NCBI GenBank assembly: GCA_028818155.1
Contig: JAPPOH010000001.1
Coordinates: 192,598 to 256,597, forward strand
DNA from: Candidatus Woesearchaeota archaeon
GTDB taxonomy: Archaea; Nanobdellota; Nanobdellia; Woesearchaeales; UBA525
Direction of reading: 5' to 3'
DNA length: 64,000 bases
Below the pieces are notes generated by a model that worked only from the letters and a program-made list of their open reading frames with translations, made no database searches and was not told the DNA's origin. Below are positions 26,761 to 36,172 of this stretch, piece by piece (position 1 is the first letter of the stretch; each line of letters begins with the position of its first letter). A program made the translations under genes and the position numbers.

Positions 26761-27963
26761 CTAGCGCGGCTTGAGCATCGGATCGAGGAGCTCAGGCTCG
26801 TCAGGCCGCCGGTCAACTAGCAGCCGATTGAGCAGTTGGTGCAGCTTTTCTTCGATTGCTGCGATGCGCTCGTCCACGAGTGCCTTCTCTCGTTCCATTG
26901 CGCCAAGTTGTCGCTCAAGCGCAGTCTTCGCTTCCGAAGTGAGGAGGTCTTCATCAGTGATGGTGTCGTGCATCCCGAGGAACTCGGTGTAGTACGCAAC
27001 CATGTCTGCTGTGGTCCAGCCGAACCTGTGCATGAACGCGCTTTCGTGTTTGTATTTTGGGCGCCAGTAGCACGCGCTTGAGTGTCGGAAGTCGTACAGG
27101 GTGAGCTCTGGGTAGGTCTTGCCGGCTGCACTCGTTCCGTCGCCGAGGACTCGACTTCCGAGGGCCTTGAGGTAGCGATTCGCGACGGAGGGTGAGAAGT
27201 CGAAAATGTACTGGTCCGGTTTGAGTCCTTGGTCGTGGATGTATTCGCGCAAGAGCGGCGGGCAGTGGAGCAGGGTGATCTTCCTGCCGAAGGTCTTGCT
27301 GGTTTCCTCGCGAATGTGGAGCTGCGTGCAATCTTCTGTGAGATCGCGGACGCGGACGTTGACGAGTTCGGTCGGCGCGCGGATGCCGCTGTCGTAGAGA
27401 AAGCGGATGAGGACTTGGTACTTGTAATTCGCGTGTCGGCAGAGTTTCTCGACTTCCTGCTCGGTGAGGTAGACCCAGCGGGGCTTCTCGCACCGGGTGT
27501 CGAGTTCTTCGCAGATGTCAACAACGGTCTGTCCGCCTCGCTTTTTTACCTTCATGTGCCAGTGCCAGAAGGTTTTGAAGACTTTGACGTAGTCGCCGGT
27601 GCTCTTGTACTTCTCGCCGTCGCGGCGGCGGATCTCTCCGTTGCGCATGCGGCTGAAGCAGGCGTGGGCATGCGATTCGGTTGCGTTGGTCAGGGGGTCA
27701 ACGTCGAGATGTGCAGAGAACAGCCTGGCGAGGAAGCTCAGTTTTGTCCGGAGTGCGTTGAGGTGGAGAAAGCTCCGGCCGCCTTTCTTGCTGCTCCTTG
27801 AGATGTTCCTGCCGATCTCCATGTCCGCGAGGAACGCGCGGAGGCACGCGGAGTTCGCACTGCTCACACCCGGGATGCCGTCGGCTGTTGCTTGCTGCCA
27901 TCGCCGGTACTGGGCTTCGCTTTGGTATGGGTCTCGCTTCACGTGTTTGTTCGACGGGTGCAC
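26761..27963 (-). CDS. Tyrosine recombinase / phage-type integrase
   Basis: C-terminal catalytic region LTLYDFRHSSACYW...HRFGWTTADMVAYYTEF (H-x-x-R and terminal Tyr). It lies adjacent to the tRNA 3' end. Confidence 0.8.
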   Translation of the reverse strand: MHPSNKHVKRDPYQSEAQYRRWQQATADGIPGVSSANSACLRAFLADMEIGRNISRSSKKGGRSFLHLNALRTKLSFLARLFSAHLDVDPLTNATESHAHACFSRMRNGEIRRRDGEKYKSTGDYVKVFKTFWHWHMKVKKRGGQTVVDICEELDTRCEKPRWVYLTEQEVEKLCRHANYKYQVLIRFLYDSGIRAPTELVNVRVRDLTEDCTQLHIREETSKTFGRKITLLHCPPLLREYIHDQGLKPDQYIFDFSPSVANRYLKALGSRVLGDGTSAAGKTYPELTLYDFRHSSACYWRPKYKHESAFMHRFGWTTADMVAYYTEFLGMHDTITDEDLLTSEAKTALERQLGAMEREKALVDERIAAIEEKLHQLLNRLLVDRRPDEPELLDPMLKPR

Positions 27964-28023
27964 TGCCTTTAAGGCGTTGCACTGGCAAGGCTGGTATCTC
28001 CTGAGAATGCGCGGTTCGTATCA

Positions 28024-28095
28024 AGCCCCCGGAGAGATTTGAACTCCCGACCTGCGGTTTACAAAACCGCCGCTCTACCGCTGAGCTACGGAGGC
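28024..28095 (-). tRNA. tRNA-Thr (anticodon UGU), no encoded CCA
   Basis: Hand-folded cloverleaf: GCCTCCG/CGGGGGC acceptor, GCTC/GAGC D stem, GCGGT-TTTGTAA-ACCGC anticodon arm, GGGAG-TTCAAAT-CTCTC T arm. Confidence 0.9.
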
Positions 28096-28119
28096 ACTGT
28101 CGATTGAAGCTAGAAGCTG

Positions 28120-28127
28120 TTTAAATA
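28120..28127 (-). promoter_or_regulatory. TATA box for tRNA-Thr
   Basis: TATTTAAA on the minus strand, centred about 27 nt upstream of the tRNA 5' end at 28095. Confidence 0.6.
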
Positions 28128-28129
28128 GG

Positions 28130-28558
28130 TTACGCGAGCGGCCCTGTGCATCCCGGTCCGTCAGCCATGCTGGGGAGTGCGAGCAAGAGTGTTCTCGCTG
28201 CCTCTGCATACGCCGTATCTGAGCTTGCAGTGAAGTGTTCTGGAATTGGGCACGTGAAATAGTCGTTCTTGTCGTTATAGAGTCTCACGTTGCAGGCTGT
28301 GCCTGTCGATGCCCGCACGACTGCTCGTGCTGTCTTGCCATGTGTGAGCTCGAGTGTGGCGTATTCACAGGCCTCGAGCTGCTTGCCGAAGCAGCTGAGT
28401 GCTGTTTCACCTGTTGCGATGCTGCCATCCTCGGTGAGTGTTGCTGGGCCACAGTCGTGGGGCTGCTTTGGCTCTCCTCGAGGAACCTCTGAGGGCTCGT
28501 GGACGGGTGCTGTGCAGGCTACCATAAGAAGAAGTATGATACTCACCCACCACTTCAT
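28130..28558 (-). CDS. Small secreted/lipoprotein-like protein
   Basis: MKWWVSIILLLMVAC signal with a lipobox-like Cys. 142 aa. Confidence 0.5.
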   Translation of the reverse strand: MKWWVSIILLLMVACTAPVHEPSEVPRGEPKQPHDCGPATLTEDGSIATGETALSCFGKQLEACEYATLELTHGKTARAVVRASTGTACNVRLYNDKNDYFTCPIPEHFTASSDTAYAEAARTLLLALPSMADGPGCTGPLA

Positions 28559-28713
28559 GCTCTGCTTTTCGTTGTGCTGTTTATAAATGTTTTCTGTTGA
28601 CGTGTTCTCGTCGAGAAATTCGTTGTCTCTCGAGAGTGGTTAAAAGCGAAAGATTTATATAGGGAAAAATTGATATAGGGGTGTTCCTATACTATAGCTA
28701 AACCGGTGAAATA

Positions 28714-30204
28714 ATGGCAGAATATGGTCCTCCTAAACTAGAGGCTCCTCGAGGTAGAGGGCTCTCTGTAAGGAATTCTCTTGGCGGACTTAGCAGTATC
28801 GCTGTCAGTGCGTATGCAGCTGCGATTTCGCTTGCGAGCCCACTCGCTGCATTGCAACCACGACATGAGCAGCCAATGGCTGCACAAGGATACTCGGAAG
28901 GGCTCATGCGTGGTGCAAGCGGAGCGACATATGCTGCCGCGAAACAAGGTGAAGCAACGCTTGCTGTGTCTGTGAATGATGTGTATGGCGCACTGCTCGC
29001 AAATCAGAATCATCAACTCTGGCAGCTTGCAGAAACAGGTGGTATGGCAAACATTCCATCGTTGAATGAGCTTCTTGCTGAGCTTGGTGCGCCGCAGAGT
29101 AGTTCGTCAGGATTACGTCACACACTTGATGCCGGGACGTCAGGATCGAGCAGGTTCGGCACACCTCGCGGAACGCTTGACAGAGTCAGAGTATACTCCG
29201 GAATGAGTTCAATGGCTGGCGCGAAAGTCGTCGCATATGACGCTGTTAGTGGCGATGAGGTCACGCAAGGATCTGCTGAGGCGAACGGCACAGCATACTT
29301 AGGATTGCAGCATGGGCAGTACAGAGTGCAACTGACCAGAGGTACTGCAGAGTTCGATCTTCATCCGGTTGAGTACTTGGTGAATGTTGATCAGGACGGT
29401 GTTATTGGTGTTGAACTTCCTGCAGTACGTAAAGAAGTAGATATTCCTGCAACTGGGTTGAGCAATCCATTTATTTGGGAGCCTTTGTGGACACCACAGG
29501 GCCAAAATATATCGCTTCTTGAGCGCTTGTATATGAATGACTCGAGGCCGCCAGAACTCCAACCAAGAGACGGACTTAGTTACTTAACGATGGATCCTGC
29601 AAACGGTGTCTACGAAGCACTCATAGAACGTGAAGGATTGGAAGCGGTTGCAGCGGCCAAAGGAGTTCCTGAGTGGTTCATCGCTCAACAGATAGGAAAT
29701 GCACTTCGACACAAGCCATTCCTAAACGAAGCGGCGAGTGGGGAGAATATCAATGTGCGCCTTATTGACAGAGCAGATGTTCCTGAAACATTACCTCCTG
29801 GTTGCATTTTGTATAGGGGAAATGCGGAGAACCCTGATCTGGTTGCTACAGTAAGAAGAAATGTTGATCCGAGTGGCAGATTTGCAGAGAGTATTATTAT
29901 CACTTATGGTAGGAATTCGAGCCAAGCTATTTTCGATCACGAAACATTGCAAGCTACGGACTTTACTAGTGATGGGGGAGATACTTCCATAGGAGAAAAT
30001 CCTAATGGCATTAGTGTTCACGGGGAAAAATTCGCTTCAGGTCCAACAATTAGCGATGCGCTTAGAGCGTACACAATTCGAGCCCTCGGCGCAGGAACAC
30101 GACTCATTAACCATCCAGAACTTGGCAAAATGTTCAGCCGGCTTGAGTATCCATTAGAAACAATCATCATTCGAGAAGCAGGAAAAAGTGCTCCGAGATA
30201 TTAA
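28714..30204 (+). CDS. Hypothetical protein (496 aa) with a possible carboxypeptidase-regulatory-like beta-sandwich
   Basis: VRVYSGMSSMAGAKVVAYDAVSGDEV...ANGTAYLGLQHGQYRVQL resembles CarboxypepD_reg. Otherwise an orphan. Confidence 0.5.
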   Translation: MAEYGPPKLEAPRGRGLSVRNSLGGLSSIAVSAYAAAISLASPLAALQPRHEQPMAAQGYSEGLMRGASGATYAAAKQGEATLAVSVNDVYGALLANQNHQLWQLAETGGMANIPSLNELLAELGAPQSSSSGLRHTLDAGTSGSSRFGTPRGTLDRVRVYSGMSSMAGAKVVAYDAVSGDEVTQGSAEANGTAYLGLQHGQYRVQLTRGTAEFDLHPVEYLVNVDQDGVIGVELPAVRKEVDIPATGLSNPFIWEPLWTPQGQNISLLERLYMNDSRPPELQPRDGLSYLTMDPANGVYEALIEREGLEAVAAAKGVPEWFIAQQIGNALRHKPFLNEAASGENINVRLIDRADVPETLPPGCILYRGNAENPDLVATVRRNVDPSGRFAESIIITYGRNSSQAIFDHETLQATDFTSDGGDTSIGENPNGISVHGEKFASGPTISDALRAYTIRALGAGTRLINHPELGKMFSRLEYPLETIIIREAGKSAPRY

Positions 30205-30254
30205 GCACCTTATTCCAGCACTCACTCTTGAATAGTGTCTTCTTCACGGTAATC

Positions 30255-30264
30255 TTTATAAATA
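30255..30264 (+). promoter_or_regulatory. TATA box of the 1668-aa surface protein gene
   Basis: TTTATAAATA, centred 27 nt before the ATG at 30287. Confidence 0.6.
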
Positions 30265-30286
30265 GCGTGTAGCAAAATAAGAGGAT

Positions 30287-33200
30287 ATGGGTAAGGGTGT
30301 GGTTGTACTATTCTTGTTCCTCGTGAGTCTTGCACCTGCTTTCGCGTTTCATGCAGGCGATCACTCGGTATGTTCACAAATTATCGAAGAAAATCCAGAA
30401 ATGGGTACGTGCACTTGTACGAACTCACAACCTAATTTCTTTGGATGCCTTCCAGATAATGATCCTGAGCAGTTAACTGGCGATCCACACCAGGATAGTT
30501 GTATCCCTGGAGCAAGTCCCACGTGTGATTTTAACTTTTGTGCATATGGTGCAAATTGTGGCGTGTGGGGTCAGTGCATTGTGCAGAGTGGAGAAGTCTG
30601 CTATCACCCACACGATCCGCCAGCATGTGCGTGTGAATGTGATCCTGGACTTCGCTTCTGTGAATCCGCGGGAGCCTGCTTACCCGATACTGATGGTGAT
30701 GGAACAGCTGACGGTTGCCTCCCAGCACACTGTACAGATGGTGTAATGAATGGTGATGAACTAAATACTGATTGTGGCGGCTCATGTGACGCGTGCACCT
30801 GCACGGGAAGCACTGTGAGAGCATGTGATCCTGCATGCGCAGGGACTGAAACACGAACGTGCAACACTGACGGCACGTGGTCTGCCTGGAGCGGCTGCCC
30901 GGAAGTGTGCTGTGGTGAAACTTCAGTATGTAATGATGATGTTGATTGTTGTGATGATCTAGAATGTATAGATCACAATTCTGATGGTACGAAAACTTGC
31001 GAAGAATCAGGAACTGAATGCCCACTAACTCCAACTCCAGAAACAGAAGACCGCATCTGGACAACATGCGACACCTGCGGCTACGAGCAATGGGTCTGTA
31101 CAGCAGGTTCACCAAACACATTCCAATTCGGCAGCTGCATCGAACCAACAGACGCTGACGGCGACGGCTTCTTCGCCGATGCTGGCGTGCACGGCACGTG
31201 CCCAGTCGACTGTGACGATAGCACGTACAGCGCGACAAACACGTGTGGTTGTACGACCCCAGATGATTGTCCTGATGACACAAATCTCTGCACCTACAAA
31301 ACATGCGTAGCTGGCATCTGCGGCCAAGCAAATCTCCCTGACTCAACGCCACCGATTGGCGCGGGGACGTGCCAGACAGTTACGTGTAGTGGTGGTGTAG
31401 AAGTGCCGCATGATGACAACCCATACTGTGACGATGGCGCAGGGAATGGCGTCTGTTGCGGTTGGGGTGGCTTCAGCGTGTGCTGTGGTGATGGTGCTCC
31501 CGGATACTTCTGTGCGAATGATGCAAGCGAGTGCACAGCATGTAATAATAATGGTGCACAAGACAATGGTGAGACTGGCGTCGATTGTGGCGGCGGTGGC
31601 TGTCCGAACTGTCTCGTCTGCAACTGGAACAGCATAACCGATAACGGCGAAGCGGGCACTGACTGTGGCGGTGGTGGCTGCCCTGCTTGTAGCTGTGATT
31701 TCAACAGCGCGACATACCCGTCTGGTTCTTCCATTCAGTGTGGCACTGATGAAGGTGTCTGTGAGTTTGGCACGCAAACGTGCTCTGTATCTGGCGTCTG
31801 GGGCTCCTGTACTGGTGCGCTTGGCCCAACCGAAGGAACGGAACTCTCGTGTGATGGGCAAGATAACGATTGCGATGGCACGATTGACGAGAGTCCTGTC
31901 TGCTGTGTGGATGGTGATGGGGATGGCTACCAAGTCGAAGGTGCAACGTGCGGCACGTGCACGGAATGGGATCCTATTTTCACGACAACGTGCATTCAAT
32001 GGACGTCCTGCCTCTGTGGGACGCCGGATTGCAATGATAATAATAACGCGCTTACAACAAACTGCTGTGCAACTGGCAATAACAACGGTGTCTGTGAAGC
32101 GACAGATTGTACGTGTACAGCTGCAGGTCAAGATTGCGCGGTGGTAGCTGAGTTCAACGCCGTCTGCGGCGGCTGCGGTAATAATAATGGTGCTTGTGAG
32201 GCAGGCGAGTGTAACTGTAAAGCACCTGGTCAGGATTGTGATGCAACAGTAGGTAACACGTATCCTGCATGTCCTGAGATCTGTACGGTTGGCGATAACG
32301 ATGGCGTCTGTGAGGCAGGTGAGTGTTCCTGTGACCAAGCAGGTCAGGATTGTGATGCGACGGTCACGACGCCTGCAATCTGTGTAGACACTGAAATTTG
32401 CAATAATGATCTTGATGATGACGGAAATGGAGAGTGCAATTATGATGGGCGGCGCGCGTCCAATACAGCACTGACGTGTGGCACAAAAGGCGATATCGCG
32501 TGTGCCGTTGATGTGGTCATGGCATCTATTGATACAACGAATATTTGTACGAGTAGCGAGGTTGTTGTCTCCTGTGAAGTAAGCCAGCGAGGCATTCACA
32601 GTATCACTGCAACGCTGAATGGTGCAAGCTGCTCCTTTGAAAACTGGCACCCAACAGATCCAGTCGCGAACTTCAGGTGCACTGGCGTTTCTCCTGGCGG
32701 CCTCTTTGCACAGTGTGTGATTGATGAAACAATATCCTATGTGGACACACTCGGTAGTGTGTCTGCAATCACAAACGTTCCTGTGTGTCCGACAGCAGAG
32801 ATCTGCGCGAATGATGTGGATGACGATTTCAATGGTGAGTGTGATTACGATGGCGTGGGGTGCCAGCCATTCTTCCAAAAGGGAGATATCGCGTGCCCTG
32901 TGGACATGGTGGCTGCCAGCTTCGTCTCTGGCGATCCATGCACGGGACAAGTGACTGTCTCTTGCGAGACATCCGTTCGTAATCTTGCGAGTGTCCGTGC
33001 AACGTATAATGGTGTGGGATGCTCGTGGACACACTGGCATGCAACGCAGCCGATCGCGTACTTCTCGTGTAACGCGCCCGGTATTTCTGGAGCTGGTGGC
33101 TATGGTGTCCAGTGTTCGATCGATGAGACGATGTCGTATGTAGGAACAACAGCGAGTCAGACGACGCTTGGTAGTGTCTTCTGCCCAGTGGCGGAGATTT

Positions 33201-35293
33201 GTAATAATGATATTGATGATGATTTGAATGGCGAATGTGATTATGACGGTCAGGTCGGGTGCAGTCCGATCTTGAACAAAGGAGATAGTGCATGTCCTGT
33301 GCACGTCACGAGCGCATTCCTGGATGATACAAACACGTGCATGACAAACACAGCAACCATCTCGTGTGGTGTGAGTGCAGATTACGTAGGGAGCATCAGA
33401 GCAACACTCACTGGCTCGGCCTGTTCATTCGAGAGCTGGGTGCACGCACAACTTGCACGATTCACGTGCACAGGAGTTCCTGAGGGAACGCTCACAGCAG
33501 AGTGCTTCATTGACGATACGGTGTCGTATGTTGATGGGCCGAGCATGACGGACGTCAAGGTTGTCTCGTGCCCGTGCCCGATTGATGGTGTCTGTACGCC
33601 AGGTGAGTGTGGTTGCACGATCCCTGGCCAGGATTGTAGTAATCCAATCGTGCGAGAGCCAATCTGTTGTAACGCAGATGGCGTGTGTGATACGTTCTGT
33701 GCAAACGATCCTGATTGTTGCAGTGATGGCGATAACGATGGCACATGTGAGACTGGCGAATGCTCCTGTACTGGTGTAGGCCAAGATTGTAGCGTCCCTG
33801 CTGAACACACTGCTGTCTGCTGTGTCGCTGATGGCTATTGCGAGCCGACCTGTTCTGGCACAAGTGATCCGGACTGTACGGAAGTCTGTGACAATGGTGC
33901 TGATGATAACGGGAATGGTGATATTGATTGCGATGACGTACAATGTTCCTGCGCATGCACAACAAATGCTGACTGTGGCGTGGACGGCCAGTGTAACACG
34001 TTCACCTGCTTGAATCCCGCTACGACAAGCTCCTCCTGCCAAGAAAATTTCGAACCAAGCACAACGCTCTGCACTGATGATGGGAATGAATGTACTGACA
34101 ATCATTGCTCTGGTGTGGACGCGAGCTGTGTGACAACGCTGCTAACAGGCACATCTTGTACGGGTGGCACGTGTCAGAGTGGCGTTTGTATCGTTTGCGA
34201 TAATGATGGTGATGGCTTTAACAGGACGGATGTTCCATTGTACTGTGAGAATGGCATCGATTGTGATGATACTAATGATCAAGTCACAGGCCACGCTGAG
34301 AATGTCCTCCCTGCCACGTGCTCTGATGGCTGGGATAACGACTGTGATGGCGAGGCTGACTATGATGGCTCGGGCGATGTGCTCGCGAATTACGGCCTGA
34401 CTGACCCGCTCCATGGTGACGTGAACTGTCCCGTGGATATCACAGGCGGCACGGCAGCTGATGTGAACACCGTTGCAACGTGCACAGCAAATACAGTGGA
34501 AGTCCGATGCACTGCAAACCCGCTTGTGGTGCGAAGTATCAGTGCCGAGTTTGATGGAACAAACATGGGCGACGGTGTTTTAATCGGAAGTGAGCAAGTC
34601 TTCACGATCTCACGTCCTGCTGATGGAACGTATACAGCCAGATGCTTCGTTGACCCTGCAAAATCCTACCAGACAGGCCCTGACTGGACTGATAATAGCG
34701 TGTCCGTCGATTGTTTCAAGACGGTCGAAGGTACAGTCACAGATATCACGACAACACATCCTATCGAGGATGCGACTGTGCGCATCGGCACGATCAGCAC
34801 GGGCCCTATCGAGACGACGACAGATCAGAACGGCTACTACCAATTCAGTATCGTTGAGCTCGGCAATCATGACTTCAGCGTGACGCACGAGTACTACCTC
34901 GACAACTACAAAGTGGATGAGCCGATCTTGAGCGAGCCGACAACAGTGAACTTTGCGCTCAGCCCAGAGCAGTGCACGGGAGATTGCACGTTCCTGGGCA
35001 TCTGTAATTACAAGTGTCTTGATGAGGGGGATTGCTCCATCGCGGGTGTTGACCCTGCTGATCTGGATGCGTTCAAGTCCGTGTGTGATCAGGCGACGCA
35101 TGGCGAGCCACGATTCTTTAACGCGACGCACGACGCGATCTGTTGCACGGGAGGGATTGAACCGAATAACGTCAGGAAGACACCACTCGTGATCGAGAGT
35201 TGCACAGAGCAGCTGATCCAGCACAAGAAGCTCGTCGAGTATAACGGGAAGTTACACCAGTTAACGATCGTCTCGTACGAGAAGTGCGAGTAG
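30287..35293 (+). CDS. Giant (1668 aa) secreted mosaic cysteine-rich surface protein
   Basis: Signal MGKGVVVLFLFLVSLAPAFA. MopE-like CDGQDNDCDGTIDE. About six G-DNDG-CE-GEC-C-GQDC units. Three tandem ~133-aa modules starting ICNNDxDDDxNGECDYDG (period about 400 nt at 32393, 32798, 33193) plus a fourth at about 34320. CTDDGNECTDNHC (CTDC-like). CarboxypepD_reg-like VEGTVTD...DQNGYYQF near the C-terminus. Confidence 0.85.
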   Translation: MGKGVVVLFLFLVSLAPAFAFHAGDHSVCSQIIEENPEMGTCTCTNSQPNFFGCLPDNDPEQLTGDPHQDSCIPGASPTCDFNFCAYGANCGVWGQCIVQSGEVCYHPHDPPACACECDPGLRFCESAGACLPDTDGDGTADGCLPAHCTDGVMNGDELNTDCGGSCDACTCTGSTVRACDPACAGTETRTCNTDGTWSAWSGCPEVCCGETSVCNDDVDCCDDLECIDHNSDGTKTCEESGTECPLTPTPETEDRIWTTCDTCGYEQWVCTAGSPNTFQFGSCIEPTDADGDGFFADAGVHGTCPVDCDDSTYSATNTCGCTTPDDCPDDTNLCTYKTCVAGICGQANLPDSTPPIGAGTCQTVTCSGGVEVPHDDNPYCDDGAGNGVCCGWGGFSVCCGDGAPGYFCANDASECTACNNNGAQDNGETGVDCGGGGCPNCLVCNWNSITDNGEAGTDCGGGGCPACSCDFNSATYPSGSSIQCGTDEGVCEFGTQTCSVSGVWGSCTGALGPTEGTELSCDGQDNDCDGTIDESPVCCVDGDGDGYQVEGATCGTCTEWDPIFTTTCIQWTSCLCGTPDCNDNNNALTTNCCATGNNNGVCEATDCTCTAAGQDCAVVAEFNAVCGGCGNNNGACEAGECNCKAPGQDCDATVGNTYPACPEICTVGDNDGVCEAGECSCDQAGQDCDATVTTPAICVDTEICNNDLDDDGNGECNYDGRRASNTALTCGTKGDIACAVDVVMASIDTTNICTSSEVVVSCEVSQRGIHSITATLNGASCSFENWHPTDPVANFRCTGVSPGGLFAQCVIDETISYVDTLGSVSAITNVPVCPTAEICANDVDDDFNGECDYDGVGCQPFFQKGDIACPVDMVAASFVSGDPCTGQVTVSCETSVRNLASVRATYNGVGCSWTHWHATQPIAYFSCNAPGISGAGGYGVQCSIDETMSYVGTTASQTTLGSVFCPVAEICNNDIDDDLNGECDYDGQVGCSPILNKGDSACPVHVTSAFLDDTNTCMTNTATISCGVSADYVGSIRATLTGSACSFESWVHAQLARFTCTGVPEGTLTAECFIDDTVSYVDGPSMTDVKVVSCPCPIDGVCTPGECGCTIPGQDCSNPIVREPICCNADGVCDTFCANDPDCCSDGDNDGTCETGECSCTGVGQDCSVPAEHTAVCCVADGYCEPTCSGTSDPDCTEVCDNGADDNGNGDIDCDDVQCSCACTTNADCGVDGQCNTFTCLNPATTSSSCQENFEPSTTLCTDDGNECTDNHCSGVDASCVTTLLTGTSCTGGTCQSGVCIVCDNDGDGFNRTDVPLYCENGIDCDDTNDQVTGHAENVLPATCSDGWDNDCDGEADYDGSGDVLANYGLTDPLHGDVNCPVDITGGTAADVNTVATCTANTVEVRCTANPLVVRSISAEFDGTNMGDGVLIGSEQVFTISRPADGTYTARCFVDPAKSYQTGPDWTDNSVSVDCFKTVEGTVTDITTTHPIEDATVRIGTISTGPIETTTDQNGYYQFSIVELGNHDFSVTHEYYLDNYKVDEPILSEPTTVNFALSPEQCTGDCTFLGICNYKCLDEGDCSIAGVDPADLDAFKSVCDQATHGEPRFFNATHDAICCTGGIEPNNVRKTPLVIESCTEQLIQHKKLVEYNGKLHQLTIVSYEKCE

Positions 35294-36115
35294 TTATTTC
35301 AAGAATGTTACGGCAGCGTCAACGACCGCTTTGACGCCTTTCTTCCCCGTGATGTGCTCGCCAGGCAGCACGAGGAACTCGTGTTCAGCAGGGACGCGAT
35401 CAACGAACCATTGACTTTGCTCTTTTGATACAACCTCATCTTTTTCTCCTGCGATGAAGAGTGTTGGCGTCCGCAAGTTTCGCGCGCACCGCGGCATGTC
35501 AATCTTCTCGCCGTCTTCGAAGAACGTGTAATTAATGAGCTCCTCTTTCTCACCGTTATGCACGTGGAAGTAGCGTTTGAGTTTGATGCGCATCATTTCT
35601 CTGCTGTCAAACTGCATGAATGACGCGCCTTGGATCGTGCTCGGCGTGTTAACGAGGACAAGTTTGTGTGCAATCGGGTGGAATGCTTCGAGGATTAATG
35701 CAGACATCGCACCGTAGCCATAGCCGAGAATGTATGTTTTTTTCTCGTTGATGTACGCTCTTCGTTTGGCGTACGTGATCACATCGCTGATATCCCGTGC
35801 GCGCTGGCTCATCGTGATATCTGAGGCACGTCCTTCACTTTTGCCGAAGCCGTTCGTGAAATCAAAGACGGCAACGGCAAACCCTGCCTCTAAGAGGAGT
35901 CTGGACGTCTCTTTCGTGACGGGTGATGCTGCTATCCCAAAAAAGCCATTTGCGATTGCCACGAGCGGAAACTTTCCGCGGGGTTTGGGTCTGAGAATGG
36001 TGCCACGAATCGTTAATCCTGCCTCATTCAGCACTGCGAACGATTCTTCCATTCGAGAAGGAGCGGTGAGTTCTTTATAAACTTGCTGACGACAAACAAG
36101 GTTTTTCCTAGGCAC
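35294..36115 (-). CDS. Alpha/beta-hydrolase fold protein (dienelactone hydrolase/peptidase S9-like) with Gly at the nucleophile position
   Basis: The fold-typical nucleophile elbow reads ILGYGYGAM (GGC where AGC/TCN is expected). Downstream GEKDEVV and LPGEHIT fit the Asp and His of a triad. Confidence 0.6.
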   Translation of the reverse strand: MPRKNLVCRQQVYKELTAPSRMEESFAVLNEAGLTIRGTILRPKPRGKFPLVAIANGFFGIAASPVTKETSRLLLEAGFAVAVFDFTNGFGKSEGRASDITMSQRARDISDVITYAKRRAYINEKKTYILGYGYGAMSALILEAFHPIAHKLVLVNTPSTIQGASFMQFDSREMMRIKLKRYFHVHNGEKEELINYTFFEDGEKIDMPRCARNLRTPTLFIAGEKDEVVSKEQSQWFVDRVPAEHEFLVLPGEHITGKKGVKAVVDAAVTFLK

Positions 36116-36172
36116 TGCTGAGAAGTTTTACGCAGAGAAAGATTCATAAACACAGTTACTCCTATGGAGTAC

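Larger units (their letters stand above)
24990..28034. mobile_element. Small integrated element at tRNA-Thr (integrase plus 2 ORFs plus tRNA-like repeats)
   Basis: The 14-nt direct repeat TCAAGCCCCCGGAG occurs at 24990-25003 and at 28021-28034, where it covers the tRNA-Thr 3' end. The distal copy continues with degenerate T-arm similarity. A tyrosine integrase sits immediately inside the tRNA-proximal end. Confidence 0.7.

Noticed and set aside
30531-35224. Long antisense and alternate-frame ORFs inside the 1668-aa gene, including a 653-aa ORF at 31343..33304-
   Set aside because: Same reasoning. The plus-frame product has a signal peptide and coherent repeat architecture. The antisense products are Arg/Thr/Ile-rich nonsense without starts supported by promoters.
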